NCBI GenBank assembly: GCA_010356995.1
Contig: ML996696.1
Location: 2,364-66,363, forward strand
Length of the DNA: 64,000 nucleotides
From: Trichodelitschia bisporula
Taxonomy: Eukaryota
Direction of reading: 5' to 3'
Shown here: piece by piece, positions 1 through 12,511 of the stretch
Numbering within the stretch: the first letter of the stretch is position 1
How the letters are laid out: each line of letters starts with the position of its first letter
Position numbers and translations under genes: made by a program
Notes under the pieces: generated by a model
The model's input: only the letters and a program-made list of their open reading frames with translations
What the model was told of the DNA's origin: nothing
Databases searched by the model: none

Positions 1-575
1 TGGCAAAAGGGAACAGGCTGGAAGATTCCAAAGGACAATCACTTGGATATACAATCACAGTCTCTCTCGTAGATAGAAAATCAATCAAGTCAATCCTTTC
101 TCATACAAGTCTCTTGGATACCTTCCGCCAACAACAATATCAGAAGGCTGTAACAAATGGGAATCCGTCTAACACACACCCCCAGCCTGAAAGTATTGAG
201 CTTCAATGTCAACAAGGCCAATTCGCTGGACAAATGTCTCATGGCGTTGACGGGGAAGAACTTTGGTCAATCCGTCTGCCTCCATCTCCTTGGTGGGTGT
301 CCATTTCAGTCGGATCCTTCCGGCTTGAACTTCCTGGCGCAACCAGTGGTTGTGGATGCTGACATGCTTGAGCTTGGTGTTGAGCAAAGGTGCCTCCTTT
401 GTCAAGAGCCCAAGCGTCTGTCTGTTGTCGTTTGCAATTTCGATATCATGGCCTAAACTGAGACCGATGTTTGCAAAGAGTCGTTTCCACCAGAGAACTT
501 CCTTCGATGCATGCGTGAGAGCAAGAAGTTCTGCTTCGGTGCTTGAGGTTGTGACGGTTTTCTGCTTGGTAGTGT
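1..575 (-). mobile_element. Ty1/copia LTR-retrotransposon remnant: RNase H C-terminus, polypurine tract and start of 3' LTR
   Basis: Minus strand reads KQKTVTTSSTEAELLAL...DNRQTL...TKLKHVSIHNHWLRQEV...EMEADGLTKVL, the copia RNase H signature. It is followed by a GGGGGTG PPT-like tract (~175-185) and TGTTAG at 174, the likely LTR start; the LTR runs off the window. Confidence 0.88.
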
Positions 576-639
576 TAAAAGGTGATGTGTGATAAATGGA
601 AACATCACAGCATCATAAGTTGGACCGAAGGTCTGTACA

Positions 640-1291
640 TGAACAAGTTGGAGCAATGCGGCCGAGTCAGAACCAGTATGAGGGGTTGACAGAAATATCA
701 TGGACTTGACGGCGGTGCCTATTTGCTTGTAGTTGGGATCCCATTGGGCATCGAGGAATGCTCTCTTCACGACCAATCCTCCCATTGAGTGAGCGACGAA
801 TATGATGGGCACGGTTCCAATTTTGAGGCTATCGCCTGTTTCATCATCGTAGAGATCCATTTCGCACAATAGGTCCGTAGCAAAATTGCCAATGGTCATG
901 ACGCTGGATTGGGTCGACGACCAATTCGCGTTGTATCCACAACGGGAGAACCGTTCGGCGCCGCGACGCGGGTTAAGGTGCGCAAATTCGGTAGCGATGT
1001 GGGGACAACCGTCTCGCGACCTGTGGGACCGGGACTCGATGATGATGGTGGCACGCGCTGCTCGCTAGGCTCGGTGGAGGGTTGGCCGACGGAGGGACGG
1101 AGTGCAGCATGATTATCAGCTGCGCCAGACTCGGTCCCGTCACCGGCTTCATCGCGTTTCTTGCCAGGTTTAGGCCTTAGTATGTTCCGAAATTTTCTCT
1201 TGAGCAGAGTTAGTAAGGACCAGAAGCAATGGTGGAAAGAGCTCTGATAGAATAAATACAACTTCACCACAAATGGGAGTGAAAACGGCAT
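640..1291 (-). pseudogene. Truncated/frameshifted SesB-like (DUF676/PGAP1/SERAC1-type) alpha/beta-hydrolase domain, typical N-terminus of fungal NACHT/NB-ARC proteins
   Basis: Motifs GYNANW, PIIFVAHSMGGLVVKRA (nucleophile elbow) and MIFLSTPHTGS. The frame is broken upstream and the 3' part is replaced by copia sequence. Confidence 0.65.
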
Positions 1292-3050
1292 ACATCGGCC
1301 TTAAGGAGGAAGGGCAGTTGTAGCGAAGGAGAATACGTGCCATGATGGTTCAGAGCTGTCAAGACGCTTCTTTGCTCAGTTTTGAGATGCTGGAGAGGCG
1401 AAAAGCAGACGGGAAGTGAACCAGGGCCGCGAGCGACTCGCCCTCAGCTGTGGGATTACTCAGTGCGGGGGGGCTCGGCACTCCCAGTCCCGTGTACTAC
1501 GTGGAGGCTGTGACAAGTGCGCAAAGGCATTCTCGGACTGTCCTGGCCGTCCAGTATCAGCTGCAGCTGGTCCCGGCACCGGGGGGCGCAGCCTGACCAC
1601 CGACAGCCTATCTCGAGGGTCCCCAAACCCAGAAGGAGGACCAGTGGGAACTCGCCGGACGAGAATCAGAGGGTGGGCGGCAGCATGGCAAGCCAAAATG
1701 AGTGCAAACGTGGAGCATCATATCGCTCTGAAAACTGAGGTTAACAGTTGACGGCTGATGTCAAAACTGAGTAGGATGGGATCGGCATGCAGGGATCTGA
1801 CGGGTCGCGCTTGCGCTTACACTTGCTCGAGCCCCACTTTCATCTGCACCGCCACTCCAGACTGAACACCACCGTGACCACGAGCGATCAGCATTGTTAG
1901 ACGACGCTGAGTAGATCTAAACACCTACGAACCCACCCAGTGCTTTCCTTCTTTGAGGCTGGCTGTACATAGTTTGAATGTCTCGGCATTGGGAGGATGG
2001 TGCCCGATCCGCTGGAGTTCAGGACCTGATGCTGGAATCTGCACCTGTAGATGGCGGCCTGAGTGGGCGAAAGCATGATAGATGGTAGGTGATGTAGGCA
2101 AGGCCTAGTCGCAGGCAAAGTGCAAATAAGCCTTTGAAAAGGTTGGGAAAAGACAAAGAAGACAACAGGGTCGCGCGGCCTTCAGCAGTATATTCAAACA
2201 GCAGTCCCATATCACCTTCCATACTCATGAGTGCCTTGAGAGTACTTGCTGGTGTCTTTATGCCTCACGTCCCGTCTTTACATCAGCCAGTCTACCATGA
2301 ATTAGTCGCGATTCTAAAGCACATTGAGTTCTCATCCTACCTATCCCCTTGTCCAAAGGTAGTCGAGGATTTCCTCCTGCTCCTTCAGCCGTTCAGCGCG
2401 AAGCTCGTCGCTGTCGACTGCTTTTGGGGTCAGGCGCAATTGGGTCAGGCGCGATTGCCTCTCTTTCGAGGACGTGAGATATTTGATGATCGTGTCTAAG
2501 GCCACCATGGACCACTTGGAGGCGGAATCAGCCATGTCCTTTGACATTTTTTCGAGGTGTGATTATTCGAATTGAGGTTAATGGATTGTGATGAATGACT
2601 GTTAACTTTGACTGGGGCGTAGCATTTATATACCTGTGGTCTCAGGGACAGTTTGGTTCAAGAGTCCCAAAGCGGAAAGAGGGCACTCCAGAAGCCACAT
2701 GCGTTGCGTACGTCAGTATGGTGTGTAGTACTCCGGTACCAGGCCGAATATATGTTAGGGGTCCAAAGCCCACCCAGAAAAGTAATGATTCATCTCCTGG
2801 TTCACTGGCCATGCCTCACAAAACGCCGCCAGGGCGGTGTCGTTACTTTTCCGGGTGGGTCCTTAGACACCTAACGTACGTAGTACATTAGTGGCGGCTG
2901 TAAAAACTTATGGAACCTTGGAAGGGATGGTAGTTGGATGCTGCCTACGTATTAACCAGTCGTGCCAGCTTGGCACAGCGCCAAGCCCCACCTAAACCCG
3001 GTGATGGTGTGAGCCCATGGAGCTGCAGAACCAGGTGTCATACCGTGACA

Positions 3051-3150
3051 AGTACCGGGGACTAACTACGAGTACCGGGCAACGGTTTCGAGTGCCGGGT
3101 AACAATAACGGGTGCCGGGTAATCACGACGAGTGCCGGGTAACAATAACG
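3051..3150. repeat. Degenerate 20-bp tandem repeat (~5 copies, agtgccgggtaacaataacg-like)
   Basis: agt(a/g)ccggg-like cores recur at 3051, 3071, 3091, 3111 and 3131. Confidence 0.8.
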
Positions 3151-3227
3151 ATTTACCCGGTATCTAACTATCTGGAGCCGACAGTTCCCATACATCAACG
3201 GCGCTGACAACGTCAACCCTTCTCCGC

Positions 3228-5654
3228 CTATTCACTCCCGCTCCCACTCCCCTCATCCAAAAACCCAATACGGCCAACATTGAATACACCTGCAGCCCAC
3301 TCCGAGAACATGTTCGCCTCCCAAACCTGATCTTCACGGCCCTTCCCCTTGGCCCCGCGCCGACCACCAGCCGCCTCACACGCATCCTCGTACGCCTGGG
3401 TCACCTGGTCTAGCACGGCAGCGACGAGCGTCTCGCGTGTCCGCGCATCTTCAAGGTACTCGTCCAGCTTGCGGCGCAGGAAAAGGACGTCGCGCTCGAC
3501 GGCATCGCGCACAGCTTGCGCGGCCTTGGCGTCGAGGGTCTTTGCTAGCGGCGCAGTCATGCGCTTTGCGAAGCTGCTCACGAAATCGTTGATAACTGTC
3601 CGCAGGCGCCCATCAAGCTCGGATTTAGCGTCGAGCATGTTGGTTACCACCTTGGGGACGAGCCCGCCGCCGAGCAGGCGCACCAGATTCGCTGGGTTGA
3701 ACAGGCCGCCCCGAGCGCGCAGTTCGTAGAACGTCGAGGTCATGCCAAAGTCGAAGCTCACGTCCGGTGTCACGAACTCAATGTCGAAGGCGACAATTTG
3801 CTGCTTCAGGACGAGTAGGTGTTTGATCAGAAACAGCTGCGAGTCCGTCGGCGACACCTTAGTTGCGATCTGGGCAGCGGCCGAGTGCAGCGAGAGCGTC
3901 GTTTGGTGCACAATCTGATGTGCGAGATCATCGAAGATAGCGGACTACCAGTGTCAGTATAGCCAAAACATGAGGGAACTACCCACATGCACCAGCCGGT
4001 AGATCCGGCTCAGCAACCAGACTGCCTTCCGCAGCGTCGGATAGCACTCGCCCAGCGCCGGCTCAAAAATTTGTTCGCCGTCTTCCTCGACAATGACTGG
4101 CGTTCGCGGCGTTGGCCCACGCCGACCGGAGAGTGCGGGCTGCGGGGACTTGGCCGGGCGGTGCGGCTCCAGGTCCTCCGGCCGCGGCTTGTAGTTCTCA
4201 ATGTCGTTGCGCAGCGCCGACAAAGCCAGGAAGACGAGGCGCGTCTGGGCGTCCTGCAGGCACGGGTGCACCAACACCGAGAAGTCGAGCCCCTCCTCCG
4301 CCTCGTCGTCGCTCTCTTCGTGCATGTAATGCGTCTGGATCAGCGTGCACAGCTCGCACAGCTTCAGCAGCTGAGTCTCATGAATGGTGCGGGGACGGAT
4401 GTAATCGTAAAACGCCTCGCACAGGCCTTCTAAGAAACCGTACAGCCCCTCGTCGCTCGCAAACCACTGGCCCCAGAGAGTGTACTCGTCGGCGCACACT
4501 CCACGCATGAAGGCGATGCTGCTGCGCGCAAAGGCAACGAGGTCCTTGGCCGTGCTCGGCGCGCCGGCGATATCTGCCATCTTCTTCGCAATGATTGGCC
4601 GTAGCAGCTTGCCGCGCGTCGCCGCGTAGCTATCGTATAGCTCGTTCACCAAGCTCTGGTACTCGCCCTCTCCGCCGTCAGCACGCCGCTGTATCTCGAG
4701 GCCAATTTGCTTCAGCTCCGGTGCCGGAACGCGAAACTTGGCGTACAACAGGGCTGACATGGTGGTGTCGTTCAGCTGGCGGTCGGCAATCCGCTTCGTG
4801 ACGTCCGCAGCCACATCACGCAACGCGGCTGCAAAATGGTTGCGAATCAGTGTGAGAGCGCGCGTCAGCAGCAGACGGTAACGAGATCGGTACGACGCGG
4901 CCTCGCGGTGACCGGCATGCGCCTGCATGTACTCGAGGCAGGCGTCGAGGTTCGCCAACATCTCTGCAAACTCCTTACGGCGTACGAGATTGCCGGCGCC
5001 AGGGGCATTGAGGCGCTTCGTCGTCGGCTCGAGGTAGGCGTAGTACTGGAGGTTCTCCGCAATGTCGTCCGCCAGCTTCGTCGTCCGGTTCTGGTCAGCG
5101 ACGATGCCCTCACACTGCGCCTGAAAGGCCGTTGTCTGCGCCTCGACAGCCTTGAACGAGGCAGAAAGCTCCGCGAGAAGCTTGAGCGCAGCGTCAGCGC
5201 TAGACAGTAGCGACTGCAAATGTGACTCGGCGAGCTGAAGCTGGTCGCGATGGAGCCTAGCCGTCAGTCGCGTCCGTGTCCCCGTCGAGGCGTGATACGT
5301 ACTGATACTGCCCGTGGCTCGCATCCAGCAGCGCGTTCTTCACTCCCCCGTACCACTCCCCAAACTCGGCATCGTTTCCCAGCCGCCGCTTCTTCTTGTT
5401 CTCGCGTCGGACGTGGGCGCGGACGATGTCGTAAAAGTCGCTGTAGGATTTCGCTCGGCGGGCGAGGGTGGCAGGCGGTGGTCCTCTGTGCTCCGGGGCC
5501 GAGGCTTCTAGCGGGGCGACGTCAGTCTGGCGGACTTCCTGCTGCGATCAGAGCGGTCCACAGATGGCGATGCGCTTACGATGGTGTCGCGACGCTCCGG
5601 CTTGTCTGGCTGCTGGCGGCGCACGAACGACGAGTACCAGCCGTCTTCGTACAT
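3228..5654 (-). CDS. COG3: Conserved oligomeric Golgi complex subunit 3 (Sec34), spliced
   Basis: Starts MYEDGWYSSF; contains PPATLARRAKSYSDFY, Sec34-like NLQYYAYLEPTTKRLNAPG, YRSRYRLLLTRALTLIR and C-terminal LFLIKHLLVLKQQIVAFDI. Introns near 5542-5579, ~5240-5300 and ~3945-3985. Confidence 0.93.
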
Positions 5655-6734
5655 TGTGGTATTTTGGCGGCGGAGTTAGGATTCCGTTCAACCCATTTCA
5701 CTCACTCCAGAGCGAAGGAAAGGTGAGTAAGTACAGCAAGTGTCGAACCGTCGAGTGTCAACATCGCCGGAAGCTCCCCGCAAAAAGCGGCGGATCAATG
5801 TTATTCCGGGATATTGGACCGTGTTTGCTAAGGAATTGTCGGCGAAATCCAGTGCTTTTCAACCCGTACCACTCGGCCGTGATAATGTACGGAGGTCGTT
5901 ACTGGCCATCTGCTTTGTAGTTTCACTATGCTTCACAATTTTTTGCTCGGTCCAGGTACTGGGGTTAGGATTACGGCTAGAAGGATAAGGAAAGAGAGTG
6001 ATGGGTCATGAACGGTGATATGTACGGAACCGGAACTCTCAGCAACTCCATATGATATTCACGGCAAGGTGTTTACTTCTCTTTTTCTGTTCATTAATCT
6101 GCAAGTATCGGCCTTAGGAAATGGCATCACATATCTCAGCTTCAACACCGGCACCCACCCTCACCAGATCCCGTGAGTATTCGCAATGACACCGCCATAA
6201 CCCTAACCCTAGACTACCACATGTCAATTGTTAGCTGTATGACATATCAAGATTTGAGGCGCTTGCGTATGATTCTGATAGTGACGCTCCAGACGCGCCT
6301 GAGGGACTCGCTGGAAGACCCCTCGACTTTACCATCATCGAATCCTGAAAAGAAATCCAGCTCAGTCAGGGAGCATAAAGCACTCTAGCGATTCCAGGTT
6401 GCTGTGAAATAACCGCTGCAATTGGATGATCTAAGGTGCAGTAGATTATCACCATCTATTTGTCTCATTAGACAATGAATCGAGCAGACTGACATCAGAC
6501 ACATTTCCGAAGGTCACCCTGACCAGCACACGAGCGTAAACCGAAGTATTTTAGTCCTACCCTTCTGATTCCAATACGATGCCCACGTCACGACTTTTCC
6601 AAAAAAATGCCCCATGGACCTCAACTGGCATGAGCGGGGCACGCGGGGCAACATTCTGGCCGCGGATCTTGGCGGCTCAACAACCCCTCCACTTCACGAC
6701 ACCATCAACATCAACGACACCCCAAATCTCCAGC

Positions 6735-8270
6735 ATGTTCACCCGCCCGCGCCTCCGGCCAGTTCACGGCGCTCGTCGAGCTTCAACCCTCGCCAGGCCT
6801 CACGCCGCCCGGCCACGACATGTCCTCGCCCTCGCCGCCGTCGCTGGCACCGTCGTCTTCCTCTCGACGCGTCCCACCCTCCACGCCGAAGGCACCCCTC
6901 CATCCATCAGTAATACTATCGAGCCAAAACCTCTCCCGACACCAGCGCCCTCCCCACCCGGCCTTTACGCATGGGGCCTGAACGCCGGCCGGGTCGCCGA
7001 CCCGACCTCAGACGAAAAATACATCCGCACGCCGCGACGCATCGCCGCCTTCGACGGTGCCGTGCTCCGCGACGTAAAGCTCGACAAGCGCGTCGGTGCT
7101 GCGGTTGACGACGCAGGCGATCTGCTCCTTTGGGGTACGGGGTTCGATCCCGCGTGTCGCGCCCCGACGAAGACGCTTACAGGGCGCGATTTGTGCGCCG
7201 TGGCGCTGTCGCGCGGCCGCGTGCTTGCGCTAGGACGGGACGGCGCGGTATACTCCCTGCCCGTGTCGCGTGCGGAGCAGGAGGCCGGACCGAAGGTGTC
7301 GGGCTCGTTTTGGAGCTCCGGGCTCCTTGTTTCTTGCACGCTTATCAAGCCGCAGAATCTCAGCTGGGGCGAGAGGGTGACGTCTATCGCTAGTGGCCTC
7401 GATCACGCCCTGCTGCTTACCTCCAAAGGGCGCGTCTTCTCCGCTGCAACGAGCGCCGCTTCGCCGCCGCGTCATGGCCAACTCGGCATCCCAGGCATGG
7501 CTCACGCGATGCAGACGGGCTGCTTCGAGCTCACAACAGTCAAGACGCCAATCGCTCAGATCGCAGCCGGCGACTACCACAGCGTACTGCTATCACGATC
7601 CGGCGCAGTCTTCACGTTTGGGGATAACAGCCTCGGCCAGCTAGGACACGACTTCGCACCCGAGTCCCCAACTCTCGACATCCCGACCCCGCTCCCTTTC
7701 TCAGCGCTCTACCCCCTCACTGTCCGCCCCCAAGTCACCTCCATCGCTGCCGGCGGCTCAACGAGCTACTTCACCGTCGCCGCAACCCCCCTCCCTCCCA
7801 CAGGGTGCTCTCCCCGCGCCGCCCCCACCCCCAGCCTCGAAACCTGGGCCTCAGGACATGGTCTCTGGGGTGCGCTGGGAAACGGGCGGTTCACCCACGC
7901 ACAGACGCCGCCTGTGCGCATCCCCGCTCTTAGCGGCCTAAGCGCATGGGACGAAGGCGCGTCTCACCCCACGCCGATCGGCGCGCAGGTATGCGCGGGC
8001 GCCACACACACGGCTGCCGTGCTCGAGACCGCGCAAGGAGGGGACTTCGGCCGGGATGTGCTGTTCTTCGGTGGGAATGAGTTCTGGCAGCTGGGCACGG
8101 GGCGGCGTGCGAATGCGCCGGTGCCGGTGGCTATACGGCCGTTTGAGGGCGAGGGCGAAAGGCTGCAAATTGCGGGGGCGAGGCGGGTTAGGGTTGGTAA
8201 TGGCATGGCGATGGTGGAGGGGAGAGTAGAGTGCGGGCGCGGGGTGACGGCGGTTTATTCGGGTGTTTAG
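6735..8270 (+). CDS. FMP25: RCC1/BLIP-II repeat protein, mitochondrial FMP25-like
   Basis: Arg-rich presequence MFTRPRLR..., a hydrophobic segment, then PGLYAWGLN and several RCC1 repeats (IASGLDHALLL, QIAAGDYHSVLL..GAVFTFGDNSLGQLG, GGNEFWQLGTG). Confidence 0.82.
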   Translation: MFTRPRLRPVHGARRASTLARPHAARPRHVLALAAVAGTVVFLSTRPTLHAEGTPPSISNTIEPKPLPTPAPSPPGLYAWGLNAGRVADPTSDEKYIRTPRRIAAFDGAVLRDVKLDKRVGAAVDDAGDLLLWGTGFDPACRAPTKTLTGRDLCAVALSRGRVLALGRDGAVYSLPVSRAEQEAGPKVSGSFWSSGLLVSCTLIKPQNLSWGERVTSIASGLDHALLLTSKGRVFSAATSAASPPRHGQLGIPGMAHAMQTGCFELTTVKTPIAQIAAGDYHSVLLSRSGAVFTFGDNSLGQLGHDFAPESPTLDIPTPLPFSALYPLTVRPQVTSIAAGGSTSYFTVAATPLPPTGCSPRAAPTPSLETWASGHGLWGALGNGRFTHAQTPPVRIPALSGLSAWDEGASHPTPIGAQVCAGATHTAAVLETAQGGDFGRDVLFFGGNEFWQLGTGRRANAPVPVAIRPFEGEGERLQIAGARRVRVGNGMAMVEGRVECGRGVTAVYSGV

Positions 8271-9523
8271 GCCTGAAGGGGGAATTCTGGTCGTGATGCG
8301 TACGACGTGGAATGCGGAGGTGGAGCTGCTGTGCGCATTGTGGTTGTCTCGTGCCTCCTGCAGGCCCAATTGCGCGGCCGCGCGGGCGCAAAGTTGGCAG
8401 CGCGCAACGTATTGCGTTGCGAGTGGCTATGGACGAAAGTCAATATCGTGGTGCATGTCATCGACGGGAGGTTGTTCGTCGCACACGGCGCGCCTGGATC
8501 CGCACGGTTCAGCTTCTTGTTTGCGGGGGCGCTGGGCGCGCGGGTTGGGGATGGGTGATTGGTTGGGGCGGGGGTTGTCACCGCCTGTTGGATGCAGATG
8601 GGATGGATACGATGCACGCTCTGGGTTCAGGTTCTGACGCCTGGCTTCCGATCGATGGGGGTTGAGGATTCACTGTTCACGATGACGTTGGCGGAGTCGT
8701 GCTCTGGCGCCAGCATTGCGCATTTCTTGTTTTGTAATGCGCGCGGCGAGGAATACTCGAAGCGGACATGGCACAGTAATCACTCCGCCGGAGCCCAATG
8801 CTTGATTCAACGTCGCGACCCCGGGCCAGCCCCGGAGCAGCCTCTGTTACGGCGGTCCGGAGCGTGGGGGAACGCGTGGGGGAAGCCGATTCGAACGGAG
8901 TTTGCATCTCGGATATCACGTGTGCGGGGCCAGATCGGGTGGGGATAGGCGGGGTTAGCGAGGCTGTTCCGCGCTTAGGCAGCGGGGCGTCGGGGATTGG
9001 AGCGGAGAGGTGGGTTGCTCCGCTCACTGGTAGGTCGCTCCGACGCACTGTAGAGAAGACCGGGGTTTGCTTTGCGCTTTGTCCGATGGAGGTGGGATGG
9101 AGATGAGGTCGGGGTTACGAGAGTGCAGAAACGACGTCTGCGGCTGCTCGGGGTGGGGGAGTATATAATATGTGAGGTGCGGCGGTTGGCTGGAGAATCA
9201 ACGGACAAGTGCAACATTTCCTTTTCGACTCTTCCAGATTCTTGCTTCTTGTGGTCTGAGTTTGACTCCGGAAAGAGACTGGAAAGCCTTGCCAACGGTC
9301 CACCTTACTACATATTATCCGCTTATCCGCCACTCGACTGAGCACGCGAGCATTTAACCTTTGGAGACCCACTGCCTTCAGCCTCGATCTTGCCTTGTCT
9401 AGTTGCATCAGCTTGATCTCCGCCATCAAAAGAACTTCCCTCCGCCTCTCTTCAAAGAAACTTTCCAAGAAACCTTCTTCCAACTTCACCCGCACGCGAC
9501 ACCACCCCCCTCCCACCACCACA

Positions 9524-9784
9524 ATGACATCCACGCAACAACCCCGCGTCTTCATCCCCAACCTAGTCGGGCGACAAATGCTTTCCTTCCCCCTCGACCC
9601 TCCCTCCCCCACCATCACCTCGCTCACCTCGCTCACCAAGCTCACCGAATCCGAAAGCGCAACCTCCTCCCCCGCCATGTCCCGCCGCACCTCAGCCGCC
9701 AGCACCGCCTCCTCCGCCTCCAGCATCAGCACCAGCAGCGACACGCGGCGCAAGTACGATTTCATCCCCGACGATGCGTTCTAG
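9524..9784 (+). CDS. Small Ser/Thr-rich hypothetical protein (86 aa)
   Basis: ATG in good context (ACAATG), C-ending codon bias like neighbouring genes, MSRRTSAAS-type phosphomotif; no family recognised. Confidence 0.45.
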   Translation: MTSTQQPRVFIPNLVGRQMLSFPLDPPSPTITSLTSLTKLTESESATSSPAMSRRTSAASTASSASSISTSSDTRRKYDFIPDDAF

Positions 9785-11601
9785 GCGGTTTCGCGGGCGA
9801 GCCGCAAGGCGAGCCCTGAGGGTTTGATGGAAATCGGGCGCGCGACGAGTTGCCTGAGGCCGATATCGGCTCCGACATATGCTTGCTTCGGCATGCAGTC
9901 GGGTGCGCACTATGCGCGGGCGACGAAAACGCAGCGCGCGAGGCGGAAGTGAGGCGGAGTTGGACTGGGGAGGAACGGGGATTGGTTGTTGAGGGACCTG
10001 CAGGTCAAGGATGATTTTTGCGTTGAGGGCCGAGACCGGGTGAAGATGCAGGAGTGCCGATTGTTTCCTGTTGTGCTGTGTATCAGAACTAGATAGGAGA
10101 TGTCGTTGGTCAATTCAGTGCTATTTGTGTTTACATGGTTGACAAATCGGGAAGGATGAGTGAAAGTGCATATGATTGTGATAGGGACCTAGAGTCACAC
10201 CAAAACTCGTGGCTGTCTTGTCAGCACGTTCTGCGGACGCCGGCGGCCATGAGTTTTTCAAGAAGCCCTTGGATGGCTGTTCGCCGTTGCTGGTGATTGT
10301 TTCGACATGGTTTGGCGCGTCTAATCTTCTAGGTCCGTTCTAGAACTTCGCTATCATCGGCTCATCCAGAATTCCTTCGGTATCAGTTCATGCACCCTAC
10401 GATACCGTGGTATGATCGATGCAGCACATCCCACGAATGGAGCGGCGAAAGGCGAATCTTGAATGCAGAGGGAAGGATAACGCAACGCCGGTCGTACGAT
10501 TGCGAAAATTCTTCAATCTGCGCGCTGCAATCGCCAGGCATTAGCAGACTTTCCGGGAAGAGGAAGGAAGAACACGAAGCGAAAGCCAACGCCCGAGATC
10601 TGAAGCGCGAGCTGAACACTGATGTCGCTGGCTGAAGTCGCGTAGCGGGAATGACCATCACCATCCGCCTCCCAACGCACCCCTTATTCTCTCACCGAAT
10701 ACCGACCGCATCTTAAAGATACTGAAGCTAGCCAGCGCACGTCGCGCAACGGCAAGTCACCCGAAATGAAACGGGGCTCACGCTTCTTTTACAGCCCCGC
10801 AGCGGAGGCTGGGAGCCGCGCCAGGGAACGTCACGGGCCGGGGCCGAAGCGCAGCGCAAATCCAAGGGCAAATCAATCAGCAATCCCTTCATGATTATGC
10901 AACGTGTTCGCCGGGGCAGCTATACCTTGCAGGCGTCAAGCGCTGAGTGCAAACACATCACCGCTTGTCAATCCACGCATCCGGTGCCTCGGAAGGTTGT
11001 AAGGAAAACGAGTTGTCTCGACCTCCAGTTGCGCAAAAATGTCTGCACGCGCCACACGTCGGCAGTTGCGCCACGCGCTACGGTGGCTGGGGCGACGGCG
11101 CGCTAACCCCATACCGCTAGATACCGTGTGTTCCTGCGTCCGCGACCCCGTTGCCAGGGGCCCGAGCTCGGGCCCTCCGGTAAACAATGACGCTGGGGCG
11201 GGCTGGGCCCAGCCACTTGGTTTGTATATTCATGAGAGAGGCTGGCAACCACCAACCTCCAACATTCTCCACAGCCTCTTTACAATCACGCTCGCCGGAA
11301 AGACTGGAGGAACTTACTCTTGGAAAGTGTCACTGCTAAGACTCCCATCTCCCTCACTTTGCACTGCTGCTTGACTGTCAACTACTGAGATCACTGCAAT
11401 CTGACTTCCTCATTCTCGTAGTTCTGAGCAAAAAGGCTTCATTCTTCAACGCATTGCGTCGCTTTTTCACCATAGCGACATTCCGCACCACCTCGCTCCG
11501 CTCGCTGCGACAGCATTCTTGACTGATCTTCCTTCTCCACCTCTTCTCCCGGCCCTTCGGGAGCCGCTGGAGTATCGCATTCCAATCCTTCACACGCCGA
11601 A

Positions 11602-12511
11602 ATGGCAAACACACGATTTGCTGTCGGCCTGCAACGTACGTATCCCACAGCGCCGCGACAGCGACAGCTCAACTGACATTCTCAGGGTTAATACCATGGC
11701 TCGGTTACCACCACGTGCTCATGGTCTTCATCGCCGTCGCAATTATCCTCCTCTGTAAGTTTTCCGGCCTCGCTTCACTCCTGCACAGAAACTAACATTC
11801 CCAGCCCTCCTCCTCGCCGGATGCTCCTCCACCTCCCCCCTCATCCCCGGGATCTTCCTCATCTCAATGTACTACACGCACTACACAGCGACCTACGACC
11901 CATCACAAGTAGACCCAGGCGTCAACTCTGCCATCAGCAACATAGTCGGACACGCGCAACTCGAAGTCCGAGTCGGATACTTCGGCATCTGCGTAACACA
12001 AGATGGGTCCGGCTACCTGTGCAGCAACAACGCGACGGCGCTGGCACAAAACGTCAACATCGACCAAGATCCGCTGAACCTGATCTGGGTGGCGCAGACC
12101 TTCAAGGAAGCAGTCGTGTTCCCGTACCTGCTCATCGTGGCCATCATCCTCGCGTTCGTCTGCTTCATCCTGCTCGCCACGTTTCCGGGCTGGCACTATG
12201 AGCGCGACGACATCACCGGGTCGGACATCGACGTTAAGCCCTTCCCCAGCCGACCAGTCTGTCAAGTTGCCTTAGCACTCATTTTCATCGCCAGCGTCTT
12301 CGTCCTCGTCTCCGTTCTCTGGCAACACACAGCCTCCGTCGCCGCCTCAACAGTCGCGCAAGACTTCGGCAACGGCAGCGTGAAGAGCGGCGTCGGAACC
12401 TCGGCAATGGTGCTTGGCTGGTTCGGATTCGTGCTGCTCATCATCGTGACGATCGGTCTGCTGGTCATGCTGCTCAGCATGAGCGTGCTGGACAAGCTTA
12501 CTGGCGACTAA
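11602..12511 (+). CDS. FIG1: Fig1-family Ca2+ influx/membrane-fusion protein (SUR7/PalI/claudin-like), spliced
   Basis: Exon 1 MANTRFAVGLQ, two GT-AG introns (~11636-11685, ~11755-11804), LLLAGCSS, signature VRVGYFGIC...C, DPLNLIWVA..FK and four TM helices. Confidence 0.9.

Noticed and set aside
1897..2547. Possible minus-strand gene (MSKDMADSASKW... and MSMEGDMGLL...)
   Set aside because: In-frame stop precedes the candidate splice donor and no family is recognisable; may be a decayed gene but cannot be supported.
8267..9295. Overlapping short ORFs between FMP25 and the 9524 ORF
   Set aside because: No consistent frame, splice structure or motif.
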